Notes: generated by a model from the sequence alone, not told the origin. 63,980 nt of DNA, filler included, from Welwitschia mirabilis (GCA_051453625.1; 7 parts of one record of this genome joined end to end with filler, not necessarily neighbours in it), one strand, 5' to 3'. Shown: positions 24,882 through 38,881, numbered from the whole stretch's first letter. Numbers and translations are program-made.

Positions 24882-27800
24882 ATGGTTGCTCTTCTTAATG
24901 ATGACCTTTTAAGTTTACCTTTCCTAAATATTTGTACCTTTATTTGTAGTTGTTGGATAGTATATGATTATCTTTTTAAAAAGATGACAGCTAGTAAAAA
25001 CTTCTAGGAATTAAGTGAAAGAGATAAAATACATGTTCAAGAACATAACAAGGAAAGAAGACCCTCTTTTATGACTTTTGTGCCTCCATTACAGAATGCG
25101 CCAAATACATTAGTCCATGATGATGATGATGATGTAAAAAATGAAGATCAAGAAGATTTGGAAGATACTTATCAAGAGTTATATTAAGAATGTGAAAAGC
25201 TGGCTAGAAGGATAAACAACCTAAACAAGGTTATAAAATTCCTCACCAAGGAAAAGGAAGAAATGGAATCAAGTCTCAAAAGAATTAAATCCAAAAACTT
25301 CGACCTCTCTTTGTAGGTAAAAGAATTATCTTATTTTATTAATAAGTTTTCAGGTGGATCTACCAAATTGGAATAAATTCTTGGAGTTCAGAAACTGGTT
25401 GGCAACAAATCAAGTATTGGCTTCATCTCTCAAAAACCTTAAACACAGCAAAATCAGGTAACCAGTAATGATAATTTCTCTTCAAAGGTTATTTTTATTT
25501 CTGTGAAAAAATAGAACATTCAAAATTTATATGCAATGCTAGAAAATTAATGTTGTTTTTAAATTCAATTAGNNNNNNNNNNNNNNNNNNNNNNNNNNNN
25601 NNNNNNNNNNNNNNNNNNNNNNNNNNNNNNNNNNNNNNNNNNNNNNNNNNNNNNNNNNNNNNNNNNNNNNNNNNNNNNNNNNNNNNNNNNNNNNNNNNNN
25701 NNNNNNNNNNNNNNNNNNNNNNNNNNNNNNNNNNNNNNNNNNNNNNNNNNNNNNNNNNNNNNNNNNNNNNNNNNNNNNNNNNNNNNNNNNNNNNNNNNNN
25801 NNNNNNNNNNNNNNNNNNNNNNNNNNNNNNNNNNNNNNNNNNNNNNNNNNNNNNNNNNNNNNNNNNNNNNNNNNNNNNNNNNNNNNNNNNNNNNNNNNNN
25901 NNNNNNNNNNNNNNNNNNNNNNNNNNNNNNNNNNNNNNNNNNNNNNNNNNNNNNNNNNNNNNNNNNNNNNNNNNNNNNNNNNNNNNNNNNNNNNNNNNNN
26001 NNNNNNNNNNNNNNNNNNNNNNNNNNNNNNNNNNNNNNNNNNNNNNNNNNNNNNNNNNNNNNNNNNNNNNNNNNNNNNNNNNNNNNNNNNNNNNNNNNNN
26101 NNNNNNNNNNNNNNNNNNNNNNNNNNNNNNNNNNNNNNNNNNNNNNNNNNNNNNNNNNNNNNNNNNATAGAAATATAAGGGTTGTGTGATGCTTGCCAAA
26201 AGGGAGAAAAAATTAGGACTTCTCATAAAAGTAAAATGCAAGATTCCACATCTATGCCATTAGAACTCATTCATATGGATTTAGTTAGACCTACTCAAAC
26301 TTGAAGTCTAGGTAGAAAATATTATTTTCTTACAATGATTGATAACTACTCTAGATATACTTGGATAGCATTTTTATCCCATAGGTCTGAAGCTNNNNNN
26401 NNNNNNNNNNNNNNNNNNNNNNNNNNNNNNNNNNNNNNNNNNNNNNNNNNNNNNNNNNNNNNNNNNNNNNNNNNNNNNNNNNNNNNNNNNNNNNAGGTAG
26501 AAAATATTATTTTCTTACAATGATTGATAACTACTCTAGATATACTTGGATAGCATTTTTATCCAATAGGTCTGAAGCTTATAAGCATTGGGTTGAAATT
26601 TGTAACAAAGTTCAAAATAAAAAAGGTTATACCATAAAGAAAATAAGAAGTAATCATGGTGAAGAATTAGAAAATCACTTCTTTAAAAAATATTTCATTG
26701 AAAATGGTATTTATCAAGCATTTTCAGCTCCAAAAATTCCACAACAAAATGGTATAGCTGAAAGAAAGAATAGAGTTCTTCAAGAAATGTCTCGAAATAT
26801 GTTGAAGATAAGGAAGTACCTAAATCTTTTTGGGCTAAAGCAGTTGGCACAACATGTTATATTATTAACAGAGTATATCTTAAACCTAGTACTAATAAAA
26901 CACCTTATGAGCTATGAAATGGAAGATAACCAAATGTGTCATACTCTAAAGTTTTTGGAAGTAAATGCTATATCCTAAAAGATAGAGAATACTTGAGAAA
27001 TTTTGAATCCAAANNNNNNNNNNCTTAATAGTAAAAGAATCAATAAATGTATAAATTAATGAGATTGACACAAAAATAAACTGGGATGAAGACGAAACCA
27101 TTACCATAATTATTCCCACATCAAATGAAGATGCTACCAAAATAAATGAAATTTAAGTAAAATAATGCACTTTGAAAAAGCGTAAACTTCTTAAAGATCA
27201 TCTGATAGAATCCGTCATTGGAGAATTTAACTTAAAAGTAAAGACAAGATATTCTATAAAGAATTTGTATTCTCATGTTTGTTATGTTTCAAAGATAAAG
27301 CCCAAGAACTTTGAAGAAGCAGAAACTCATAAAGAATGGATGTTAATAATACAAGATGAGCTACAACAGTTTAAAAGAAACAATGTTTGGAAACTAGTAG
27401 AGAGACCAAAATATAAGAATGTTATTAGTACAAAATAAATCTTTAAGAACAAGTGTGATGAAGAATATAATGTTATCAAAAACAAAGCAAGACTTGTAGC
27501 TTAAAGCTACAATCAAGTAGAAGGCATTGATGTAGGAGATACTTTATTCCTGTTACAAGGTTAGATAGCATTAGAATGTTTTTATCTTTTGCAGCCTTTA
27601 AAAACTTCTAAGTTTATCAAATGGATGTAAAAAGTGCTTTTCTAAATGGATAATTAATTGAAGAAGTTTATGTTGAACAACCATAAGGTTTTATTAATCC
27701 TTACAAATTTGATCATGTGTAGATGCTTAAAAAAACTTTATATGGATTAAAAAAAGCTCCAAGAGTAGTTAACTACCTTTTTAAATGACAATGCATATGT

Positions 27801-28803
27801 TTAAGAAATGGTAGATAAAACTTTATTTGTGAACAAATTTAAAAATGATTTCATTATTATATATATTTATATAGATGATATTATTTTGGTGCCCCAAATG
27901 AAAAGTTGCCAAGATAATTTGCAAATATTATGACAAATCAATTTGAAATGAGTATGCTTAGTAAAGTTAAAATGTTTTTTGGACTTTAGATTAAGTAATA
28001 TAAAGATGGAATATTTATCTTTCAATTCAAATATGCAAGAGATTTAATCAAATGATGTGGTTTAGATAACGCAAATATAGTTGATACTCTTACGTCTACA
28101 TCTTGTAAAGTAAGCTTGGATGAAAATGATAAATCAGTAGATTAAAAAACTTTATAAAAGTTTATTGTATTTGACTTAAATAGATCAGATATCATGTTCA
28201 GTGTTAGAATATATGCAAGATATTAATCTAATGCAAAAGAATCACATTTTTAAGCAGTAAAAAGAATAATCAAGTATATAAAAGGTACATATGATTATGT
28301 CTTAAGGTATCCCAATGAAACATCTTTTGATCTTGCAAGTTTTAGTAATGTAGCTTGGGCTAGATACAAAGATGATAAAAAGGCACAAGTAAAAATTGCT
28401 TTCTTCTAGGTTCATGTCTAGTAGGATGGGGAAGTAAAAAACAAAACTCTATTTCTCTCTCTACTGTAGAAGCCAAATATATTACTGTAAGATGTTGTTG
28501 CACTCAACTTTTATGGATGAAAGAAATGTGGAAAGATTTTGGCATTACTTTTGAATAAGTTCCTATTTTTTGTGATAATATAAGTGCTATTAATATATCT
28601 AAAATCTAGTTTAGCATTTGAGAATAAAGTATATTGAACTTAGACATCGTTTCCTTTGAAATCAAGTTAAAAAAGGACATATTTATATGAACTTTGTAAC
28701 TATAGACAAATAATTAGCAGACATTTTTACTAAACCCTTAAATTTTGATACTTTCATTTGTCTTAGATATGAACTAGGGGTTATCTTACTATCCTATAGT
28801 TAA
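24882..28803 (+). pseudogene. Element B gag-pol pseudogene
   Basis: CDACQKG, PLELIHMDL, IDNYSRYTW, IRSNHG.E, PQQNGIAERKNR, PKNFEEA, YQMDVKSAFLNG, IYIDDIIFG, IFCDN.SAINISK, LADIFTKPL; many stops and frameshifts; protease region falls in gap 25573-26167. Confidence 0.92.
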
Positions 28804-29338
28804 TAGCAAGATGATTGACTAATCTATTAATTTGGTCAACTAGAATAAGTTGATCAACTAGTTTTATACTCAGTCACCTGATCTTTTAAAAGTTCTGTAG
28901 TTGGTACAACAGTAGAACAAAAGATCATTATTTATTTTGTCATATCTATTTTGATCTATTGATAATTTCTATGGACTCTTATCTATGCTTGTTGAAATTT
29001 TGATTTTTTTTCTATCTTATCATATTAATCATTTTTCTTTGTGGACATTATGCATTGAAAATTATCATCTCATTGACATACTTGCTTTACAACTCTATCA
29101 TTTGATATCATCTCATGAATATTATTTTTACATATGGTATAATGTTAGGAGGAGAAAATTTGATATTTCTGGACACATATTTAAGGTTTATATTTCTTTT
29201 CCATTAATATCAAAAGGGAAGAAAATATAGTGTTTTTAAAGCATTTAAGGTTTGTTTCAGAAATATTTTACCTTTTGCTTTATGCTGTTTATGTGGCTTG
29301 GTGAAAGGGGAGTTTTTATTAGGATAATGTGACTCAAA

Positions 29339-29438
29339 NNNNNNNNNNNNNNNNNNNNNNNNNNNNNNNNNNNNNNNNNNNNTTAATTAATTAANNNNNN
29401 NNNNNNNNNNNNNNNNNNNNNNNNNNNNNNNNNNNNNN
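29339..29438. other. Artificial contig linker 2
   Basis: 44N-TTAATTAATTAA-44N. Confidence 0.97.
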
Positions 29439-30675
29439 GGGTCAACAGGATTAGGATCGACTAAACCTAAATGGGGTCGATCGAACATGGAGATGAAAAA
29501 ACCTAGGGTGACTGAATTTCTCTCTCAAACAACTTGTGTAATTCATGACACCATATGGGGTTGACTAGACTTTTATGGGGTCGACCGAATGGCACATAAA
29601 AGAAATTTTTTTGAACATTATGTATCCATTATTTAGCCATTAGGTAGCCATTTTCAAGTTATTTATAGCCATTGGAGGCATAATTAAAATGGACTAAATC
29701 CTAATATCTTTATGTTATTAATAGCTAAGCTATGGATAACTAAGAAATTTTTTGGAACCATTCTCATTAGGCTAAATTATTTGGATCTAAAAGATTAAGC
29801 TGTGTATTGATATTATTATCACTATCGTATCTTGGCTTCTACACATCTGATTAGAGGAGATCTATTATTGGCACATGTACTACATTCAAACTCATATCTA
29901 GAGCATCATTGGTGTACTACTATAGGAGGAGAGCTCCATCTCTTGTAATGATTTTAGAATAAGTGATATCTGTGCTATTGAGGCATCAATACATCACTAC
30001 TATTGTTTTCTATAGGTTGAGATTAAGCCTTCAAAAGTATGTTGTGAAGGTTGAGATTAAGCCTTGAAAAGTCTATTGTGAAGGTTGAAACTTAACTTAG
30101 AAAAGTCCACTTATAAAAGTTTCAAGTGAACTTGTAATACTGGGAGTAACAGAGATCTGAGATTTAGCTTGGGAGATGCTGATCATTAAGAGTGAAGTAA
30201 GAGAGTTTTAGAACCACTATAAATTTGGCTTACATCAATTTAGTAGTTTGTGTTTTTGTTTTTTATTCTTTACTTTCAGTATCTTATTATTTTGTACACA
30301 TCCTAGATTGATTTTATTTTCATATACGAAACTTGTGTTTCAAATATATTCATTTCAGATTTATCATTAAGTTTTAAAAGAACCTATTCATCCCCCCTCT
30401 ACGGTTCACGATACTATCATTTTATGCTTTTTATTAGTTTCATTTTTCTGAATACTTTTAATTTTTTTCTTTTATTCATGATTTTGTTAGCAATTTATTT
30501 CAAGTAAGTTTTTGTTATATCATAAGTTTATTGTTTTTATTATATCATAAGTTTATTTAGATAATTTTTAAAAAAACCTATTCACCCCTAGGGTTCTCGA
30601 TTTTTAATAATTGGTATCAAAGAGAGGTTGAGTCCATTATTAGATTTTAATAAATCTAGACTCTATAACTCAAAA

Positions 30676-33600
30676 ATGAGTAATCCCTCTATTGATTTTT
30701 TAGATATGTCCTTCTTAGACACTTGTACTCTTATTGGTATATTTTAAATAGTATGTGGATATATTTTCAAATAGATTGCAAATAGTGGATATGCAAAGGA
30801 ATCATGAAAAAGTGATAATAAATCAGTTTAATAATTTGATGAAGACAGAAGACTTTCCTTCATGGCAATTGTGCCTCCTTTACAGAACTTGCCCAATACA
30901 TTAGAGCATGATGATTTAGATGTGATTAATGAATAATAGGATGAGCTAGAAGATACTTGTTAAGAACTATACTTGGAATGTAAAAATTTGGCTAAAATGA
31001 TGAATGATCTAAACAAGATTATAAAGTCTCTTACCAAAGAAAAAGAGGAAATGAAAACGAGATACAAAAAGATTAAATCTAAAACTTCAATCTCGTCTTA
31101 TCGGTAAAATATTTTTTTCATTTTATTAGTAAAGTTTCTAATGGTTCTTCCAAATTAGAAAAAATTCTTAAAGTTGAGAAACCTACTGGTGATAAGTTAG
31201 GTATTGAGTTCATCTCTCAAAAACTACAAAGGTAGCATAATCAGGTAACATGATAAAGTAAGTTTATCTCAAAAGTTACTTGTCATTTTTTTAGAAAGAC
31301 AAGTCATTCAAAACTTAAATGCTAGAAAGTTAATATCGTTCTAAAACTAAGTTAGTACTTTTTCTTTTAAATTTATTCTAAAAGGAGGTATACCACATAA
31401 ATCTAAAAAGACTAAGTGGATGAGACCTAATGATCTTAAGAGTCTCTTAATTTAGACAACTTTTAAGATCTCAAATAGCAGTAGCTGGTATCTAGACAGT
31501 GGGTGTTCAAGGCATATGATAGGAGACAAATCCAGATTCAAGAAATTAAGTAACTTTAATGGAGGAGAAATAACTTTTAGTAGCAATGAAAGAGTAAAAA
31601 TAAAAGGTATCAAAAGAATCAGGGGACATAACCTTTCTAGAATTACTAGAGTTTTGTATGTAAATGGTTTAAAGCATAATTTATTGAGTATTATTCAAAT
31701 ATGTAACAAAGGTCACAAGGTAGTTTTCGATAAGTTAAAATGTAAAATTTTACATGAAAAATCAAATGATGTTATCCCTAGAGCAAATAGGATAGGCAAT
31801 ATATATAGCATAGACCAATTGTTTTCCCTATGTTATTTTTCAAATGTTCCTTAAGAAGAGTTGTTACATAAACAATTAGGTCATGTTAATTATGATCATA
31901 AAAACATTGTGAAAGGTATTTCTAAGATAAATGTAGAAAAACAAGGTTTATGTGATGCATGTCAAAAGGGAAAACAAATAATAACTTCACATAAAAGTAA
32001 AAACCAAGATTCCATAATTATGCCATTAGAGCTCATTCATATGGACCTGGTAAGCCCTGCTTAAACTCAAAGTCTAGGTGGTAAATGTTATATTCTCACT
32101 ATAATTGATAACTTCTCTAATTATACTTGGGTAGATTTTCTGTCAAACAAATCTAAGGCATACAAATATGGAATTGAGATATGCAAAAAGATTCAAAATG
32201 AAAAAGCATATACCATAAAGAAAATAAGGAGTGATCATGGTGATGACTTTGAGAATTATTTCTTTGAGAAATGATGCATTAATAATGGAATTGATCATCA
32301 ATTTCTAGCCCTTAAGATACCACAATAAAATGGTATAGCTAAAAGAAAGAATAGAGTCCTCCAAGAAACGACACATCCTATGCTAAATGATAAAGAGATC
32401 TTTAAATTATTTTGGGTTGAGAAAGTTAGCATAATGTGCTATATTATTAACAAATTTTATTTTAGATCTAGTACAGATACAACACTATATAAGTTATGGA
32501 AAGGAAGATAACCTAATGTTTTATATTTTAAAGTCTTCAGAAGTAAATGCTATATGCTGAAAAATAGAAAGCATTTAAGCAAATTCGACTCTAAAGTCAA
32601 TGAAGCTAGTTTTCAAGGCTACTTAACTAGAAGTAGAGCATATCAAGTTTTAACAAGAGAATTTCAATAGTAGAAGAGTCAATAAATGTGCAAATTGATG
32701 AGTTTAATACAAGACCAAATTATTTAAATGAAAAAGAATTCATATATACAAGTATCCCCATAATGAATGAAGTGACTACTAAAAATAATAAAGCTTCTAT
32801 AAAAGAAGGCATAACTTAAAACATCAAAGAGTTAAAAGCTCACCCATTAAAATTTATTATTGGAGAAATTGGTTTAATAATAAAGACAATAAATTTTATG
32901 AATAATTTTTGTGCTCACATTTATTATGTTTCAAAAATAGAGCCCAAGAAATTTTAAGAAGCTAAAAATCATGAGGAATGGATGATGGCAATGCAAGATG
33001 AGCTACAATAATTTAAGAGAAATGATGTTTGAAAGCTTGTAGAAAGGAAAAAAGATAAAAATGTCATTGGTACTAAGTGGATTTTTAAAAACAAATGTGA
33101 TGAAGAGAATAATATCATTAAAAATAAGGAAATATTAGTAGCATAAGGCTACAATCAGATAGAATGAATTGATATAGGTGATACATTTGCTCTAATTGCA
33201 AGGCTAGATAGCATTAGAATGTTTTTGTCTTTTATAGCCTTTAGAAATTTCAAAGTTTATCAAATGGATGTGACAAGTGCCTTTTTAAATGGTACATTAA
33301 ATGAAATAAATAAACCACAAGGGTTTATTGGTCCTTATAGAACTAATTATATGTATAGACTTAAGAAAGTCTTTTATGAATGAAAACAAGCTCCAAGAGC
33401 TTGGTATAAGAAACTAGCCACCTTTTTAAATGATAGTGGATATATTTGTGAAGGAAGTTGAGAAAGGATTTTATTATTATACAAATCTATGTAGATGATA
33501 TCATATTTGGTGTCTTAAATGAAAGGTTATTAAAAGAATTTGCAAATATTATGACAACTCATGTTGAAATGGGTATGCTTGGTGAAGTAAATATATTTCT

Positions 33601-34436
33601 TGGACTATAGATTAAGCAACTAAAATATGGAATATTTATTTATCAATTTAAATATGTTAGAGATTTAATTAAATGTTTTAAATTAGAAAATATAAAAACA
33701 ACTGACACTCTTATATCAGCATCTTGTAAAGTAAGTTTAGATGAGAATGATAAATTAATAGATCAAAAACTTTATAGAAGCATAATTAAAAGTCTATGAT
33801 ATTTAATGACAAGTAGACAAGACATTATATTTAGTATTGGAGTATGTGCAAGGTATCAATCTCAACCAAAAGAATCACATCTATAAGCAGTAAAAAGGAT
33901 AATTAGGTACATAAAAGGCACATCTGATTATAGCTTGTGGTATCCTATAGAGACATCCTTAAAGCTTGCAGGTTTTACTAGTGCATTGGGTTGGTTATAA
34001 AGATGGTAGAAAGAGAACAAGTGAAAATTATTTTCTATTATGTTCATGCTTAGTAAGATGAGTAAGTAAGAAAGAAAAATCCATTTCTCTTTCAATTGCA
34101 GAAGTAGAATATATTGCAGCAGATAGTTGTTATACTCATATTTTATGGATGAAGGAAATGATAAAGGATTTCAGTGTTAGTTTTAAAGAAGTCCCTATAT
34201 TTTGTGACAACACCAGTTCTATAAACATATCTAAAAATCCTATTCATCACTCAATAACCAAAAATATTGAGCTAAGGCATCATTTTTCAAGAGATCAAGT
34301 AGAAAAAGGACATATCTTTATGAACTTTAAGAGTACAGATCAAGAGTTGGCAGATATTTTTACTAAACACCTAAATTTTGATACTTTCCTTTATCTAAGA
34401 AATAAAGTGAAAGTTATCTCATCATCCTTTGGCTGA
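30676..34436 (+). pseudogene. Element A gag-pol pseudogene
   Basis: WYLDSGCSRHMIGD (31486), VLYVNGLKHNLLSI.QIC.KG, HKQLGH..CDACQKGKQ, LELIHMDL, IRSDHG, VIGTKWIFKNK, YQMDV.SAFLNG, IYVDDIIFG, IFCDNTSSINISKNPIHHS.TK.IELRHHF.RD, QELADIFTK. Confidence 0.93.
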
Positions 34437-35166
34437 TTGTAAGATGGTTGACTGGATCCATGATTTGGTCAACTAGAGGTGTTCAGTCAACCGAAATAAA
34501 AGCTTGATCACTCAGACCCTCTTAGTTTTGTAGGCCACTCTTAAGGAAGCTATAAATGGAGAATAAAAGGCAGTTGTAGCATAGGAAATTATATTATTTG
34601 TTTCTCTCTTTTTCATATAGTTATTTTTTTCCCTCCTTTTTCTTGTGTGTTTTCTCTACTTAAACATTAATTTAAAAAGTGGGAAAATTAGTTGTATTTC
34701 TCTTATGCTTTCAGATGTAGTTTGCTATTGATGAACACTTTTACTTTATGCTACTTAGCCTAATGAAATAAAAATTACTTTTATGCCCTTACATTTGTGT
34801 TTTAAATTTTTATTGAATTAAATCAAATATCCATATGAACTTAAATTTTTCTAATATGTTAAATACTAAGGATCCATATGATGTTTATCTTATATTTGAA
34901 ATAAACTCTAAATTGTCAATGATCAAAGTGTTAAATATTATATGATCAAAATTGTGCTTCTTGTAAATATTGTTTTCTTAACTTTTTAAATGTGTACATT
35001 AAATTATTTTTATTTTAGCATAAAATAAGTCTTATCACAATGTTTTTATTTGGTTTTAAACGGCTTAATATTTTTGCAAAGAATAATAGGCATTTGGTAA
35101 GGGAAAGGTTTCTCAATTTTACTATTTTTACAACTAAGAATGTTTTCCATTGTCAAAGGGGGAGAT

Positions 35167-36943
35167 TGTTAGATTGTGTTTTACTAATTGATATCAAACT
35201 AATGTTTTCTATGAAGTGAATTTTTGTGTCTTATTCAGAAAATATTAACCACTTGTAGGTAAAATGTTGAAGTCATGAATGTCACATTCTGATCACTAGA
35301 AACTTGTCAAGTTCACTTATCCTCTTGATCAGAATTTTAAGAGGTCGACTATGCTTGGAGCATACTGTTAGAATTAAACTAATTTTTAAGGGATCAACTA
35401 TACCTATGAACTTGAGAACTAGTAGGCTTGAATTGATTGTTAAGGGATCGATTGAACTTATGAGGAGTCGACCAGACCTATAAACCTGAGAACTAGTACT
35501 CCTGNNNNNNNNNNNNNNNNNNNNNNNNNNNNNNNNNNNNNNNNNNNNNNNNNNNNNNNNNNNNNNNNNNNNNNNNNNNNNNNNNNNNNNNNNNNNNNNN
35601 NNNNAAACTTATGAGGAGTCGACCAGACCTATGAACCTAAGAACTAGTACTCCTAAATGGATTGTCAAGAGGTTGACTAGACCTTTGAGGGGTCGACCAG
35701 ATCTAAACATCTGATATCCTTGAGTCGATTGTCAAGGAATCAATCGGATACCTGAGGAGTTAATTAGACCTAATGTAAAAAGTTGGAATGAAATCTTTAC
35801 CATGACAAGCAAGCAACTGAATAGATATGCAGGTGATTGGATGAGGAGTTGACTGGACCCTAAGGAGTCAACTAAATATGGAGCTATAAGAAATTATAAC
35901 AATCAAAAAGTTCACTTAGGTAATCTATTTAAGTCATAGCACTAGGAGGAGTCGATTGGACATTTGAGGGATTGACTGGTAAAAATGAAAATAAAATTTT
36001 ATATCCATTATGTATCTATTATATATCTATTTTATAGTCATTTATAGTTGTGGAAGCACTTGTTTAATTATAATAAATCCTAAAAGCCTTCTGGTATAAA
36101 TAGCTAAGAGAGATATCTCTAAAAGAACTTTTAGACTTTTTGATCTTTGGACGAATTATTTAAAAAAACAACAATTTATCACTATACTAGCTTGGAATTA
36201 TATTTTTGAAAAAGGACAAGCCAAAATCTATTATATCTATACATTCAAGATGAGATCTTACACTTTCTTATTGTATTATTTATAGGAGAAGAGCTTCACT
36301 ACAACCATTGTACTGAAGAATGAGTGATATTAGTGCACTAGGGCATTTCTTCATTAGTACCACATATTGTAAAAGGGTGAGACATAGCCTACAAAAGTCC
36401 ATTAAAAGGTTGAGATTTAGCTTGTAAAAGTCCATTGGAAATGTTGAGACTTAGCCTACAAAAGTCCATGTGTAAAGATTACAGGTAAACCTACAAGACT
36501 TGGAAGAATTAACAAAGATTTGGATCAGGCTTGGTGATAAGCTAATCATTGAGAGTGGAGTAGGAGGTTTCCTAAACTACTATAAAAGTTATGTGGATTT
36601 TATCAGTATTTTATGCTTTATGTTAGTTTCATTTTTTTGAATGCTTTCTATTTTTTATTTTATGCACATTGTAAGTTTATTTAAATAATTCTTTAAAAAA
36701 CCTATTCAACCCCCTCCTCTCCCTTAACCACCTTGCCCCCCCAATCCCCCCCCTCCCCCCCTCCATTCCCTCCCCTCCACCCCCNNNNNNNNNNNNNNNN
36801 NNNNNNNNNNNNNNNNNNNNNNNNNNNNNNNNNNNNNNNNNNNNNNNNNNNNNNNNNNNNNNNNNNNNNNNNNNNNNNNNNNNNTCCACCCCCACCATCC
36901 CCCTTCCTCCTTTCACCTTCCTCTAGGGTTCTCAATCCCCAAA
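35167..36943 (+). repeat. 3' LTR of element A
   Basis: Starts TGTTAG one base after the PPT; GTCGAC-centred repeated motifs upstream of TATAAATAGC (~36095); three ~33-bp tandem units at 36372-36470; the end is blurred by a C-rich gap. Confidence 0.88.
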
Positions 36944-38881
36944 TCCTACTTCTTTGATTGTGGTTATTCTCCCCTTATAATGGATTAAAAATAAAATACT
37001 TCAAGGCTATGGGATCAGTGGTGTTTTTAGTGTCATCAGAGGCATTACTTATTTCCTAGACTCATTGAGTGTATGATATTCCTATATGATCATTTTACTT
37101 TTGAGGATTTAGATGTGTTTTAGAGTATTATTATGTGAGTTCATCTCTGAGTAGTTTTTAATCTTANNNNNNNNNNNNNNNNNNNNNNNNNNNNNNNNNN
37201 NNNNNGGTGATTTAATGATTTTTTCATGAGGATTTGTTAGATTTAAATTTATGGTAGGTACATTATCTTCTTCATGTTCCTAAATTGTTCATTTCCATTT
37301 TGTTTTCCTTAGTTATTCTAGTTGGTATTTCAAAGTCATTTTTTTACTTTTTTATCATAAATACATAGGACTTGATCGTTTAGTAGTTTTTCTTTTTAAA
37401 TTTTATTTGTATTTGTAGTTTTTTGTAGAAGTTACTTTTATTTTTGTAAATAAATTTCCTTAGTTTATGATACTGATTCTTTCCATCTATCCTTTTAGTG
37501 TCTTTTTGAGTTTAGTTTTCTTTAATTTTCTTTATTGAGTTTTTATGCATTGTATTTTTCAATAATTATGAGTTCATGGTAGATTTTTATTCATTAGTGC
37601 ATTTACCTCCTTTATCATACCTTGATTTATCAGATTCTTAGCTATTTCCCATATTTTGAATGCTCTAATACTTTTCTCAAACCTTCTTGATATTATCTAT
37701 ACTTAATTGATTCTGTGGATCATTTCAAATCTATTGATCTTTTGAAAACACTTGTCATCCACCATGTCATCCATATGATTAAGCAAATGATATAAAAATA
37801 TTTACTAAGGTAAATTATCTTTCTATTCCATCTTTTTCTACCTCTTCTTGATCCTTCTTTTCATGCACAAAATACTACTCTCAAGCTCGTCTGTTTTGCT
37901 TTATTATACTTAACATGTATTTTCATTTTTTCCCTTCTATCATTAATGTAATATGGAACATATTGATTTGCCTGTAAGAGGAGCAGGATATACATTTTAA
38001 GATATTTTGAGAAAAAAATTTAAAAATTTTAAGGGTTATTTTTACATTTTCATGAGACATATCTATAGTGTACTAATCTGATTCTGAATGTATAAAAAAC
38101 ATGTACTTAATAGCAAAATACTTGTAGATTGTTTTCNNNNNNNNNNNNNNNNNNNNNNNNNNNNNNNNNNNNNNNNNNNNNNNNNNNNNNNNNNNNNNNN
38201 NNNNNNNNNNNNNNNNNNNNNNNNNNNNNNNNNNNNTTGAGTGATATGCATGATGAATATTGTATAAAAAACATGTACTTAATAGCAAAATACTTGTAGA
38301 TTGTTTTCCTTATAGGAATGGTACAAGCAATTCATGATACCATGGATCAATGGAATAATGTTATGATTGATTATTTTTTATATATTTTCCCTTATAAATT
38401 ATGCTTAAAAACTTAATGCTTATTGAATATCATTTCTTAAGCTATTACTTTTTATGACTATACATACGTGTCATTTATCAAAGTTATTATGGTCATATCT
38501 TATGATGATTATTTTTGTTATAACATCCATTTTCTAGCTTTTTGATGTGCTAAATGTTTTAAATAAGGGACTAATGCACTAGTAAGTATTTTGATCTTGT
38601 TTTTCTGATGAGCATGATTGTAGGCAATTAATTTTACAATTTCATTTTTAAGATCTCGCCATCCTCATAATCATTTAGATGATAGTATGGATGACAGTGT
38701 GGTCACTTCATCTACTAAGGTAAAACATAGTTTATTTAATTTTGTAACTTAATCTTACATAGTAAGATTTATGAACTTGATTTACATATGTCTCAATAGT
38801 GTTTTATCTTAGCTAATTTAGCTTGCAATTATATTTGTTTGCCAACTTTATTAGGAACTGATAAGGCTATGTGGGGGACTA

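Larger units (their letters stand above)
23447..30419 (+). mobile_element. Sirevirus-like Copia element B, nested in the 5' LTR of A
   Basis: 5' LTR 23447-24816; PBS TGGTATCAGATC 24819-24830; INT-RT-RH 26170-28800; partial 3' LTR 29439-30419; perfect TSD TTTTA at 23442-23446 and 30420-30424. Confidence 0.9.
22149..36943 (+). mobile_element. Sirevirus (SIRE/Maximus)-like Copia element A; 5' LTR split by element B
   Basis: 5' LTR 22149-23446 + 30420-30610 aligns with 3' LTR 35167-~36943; PBS TGGTATCAAAG 30612; pol domains PR-INT-RT-RH; PPT AAAGGGGGAGA 35155-35165; U5 motif CTATTCACCCC..CTAGG; possible decayed TSD GCTAC/CCTAC. Confidence 0.88.

Noticed and set aside
23205..36470. CRISPR-like ~33-bp repeats (GGTTGAGACT..CC..AAAAGTC) at 23205, 24408, 30014, 36372
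   Set aside because: Contiguous tandem units without spacers inside Sirevirus LTRs; eukaryotic context; no cas genes.
36715..36920. Pro/Gly-rich ORFs and G-quadruplex-like C-rich tract
   Set aside because: Low-quality-looking sequence around a gap at the poly-C U5 motif of the LTR; probably homopolymer or gap-edge error.
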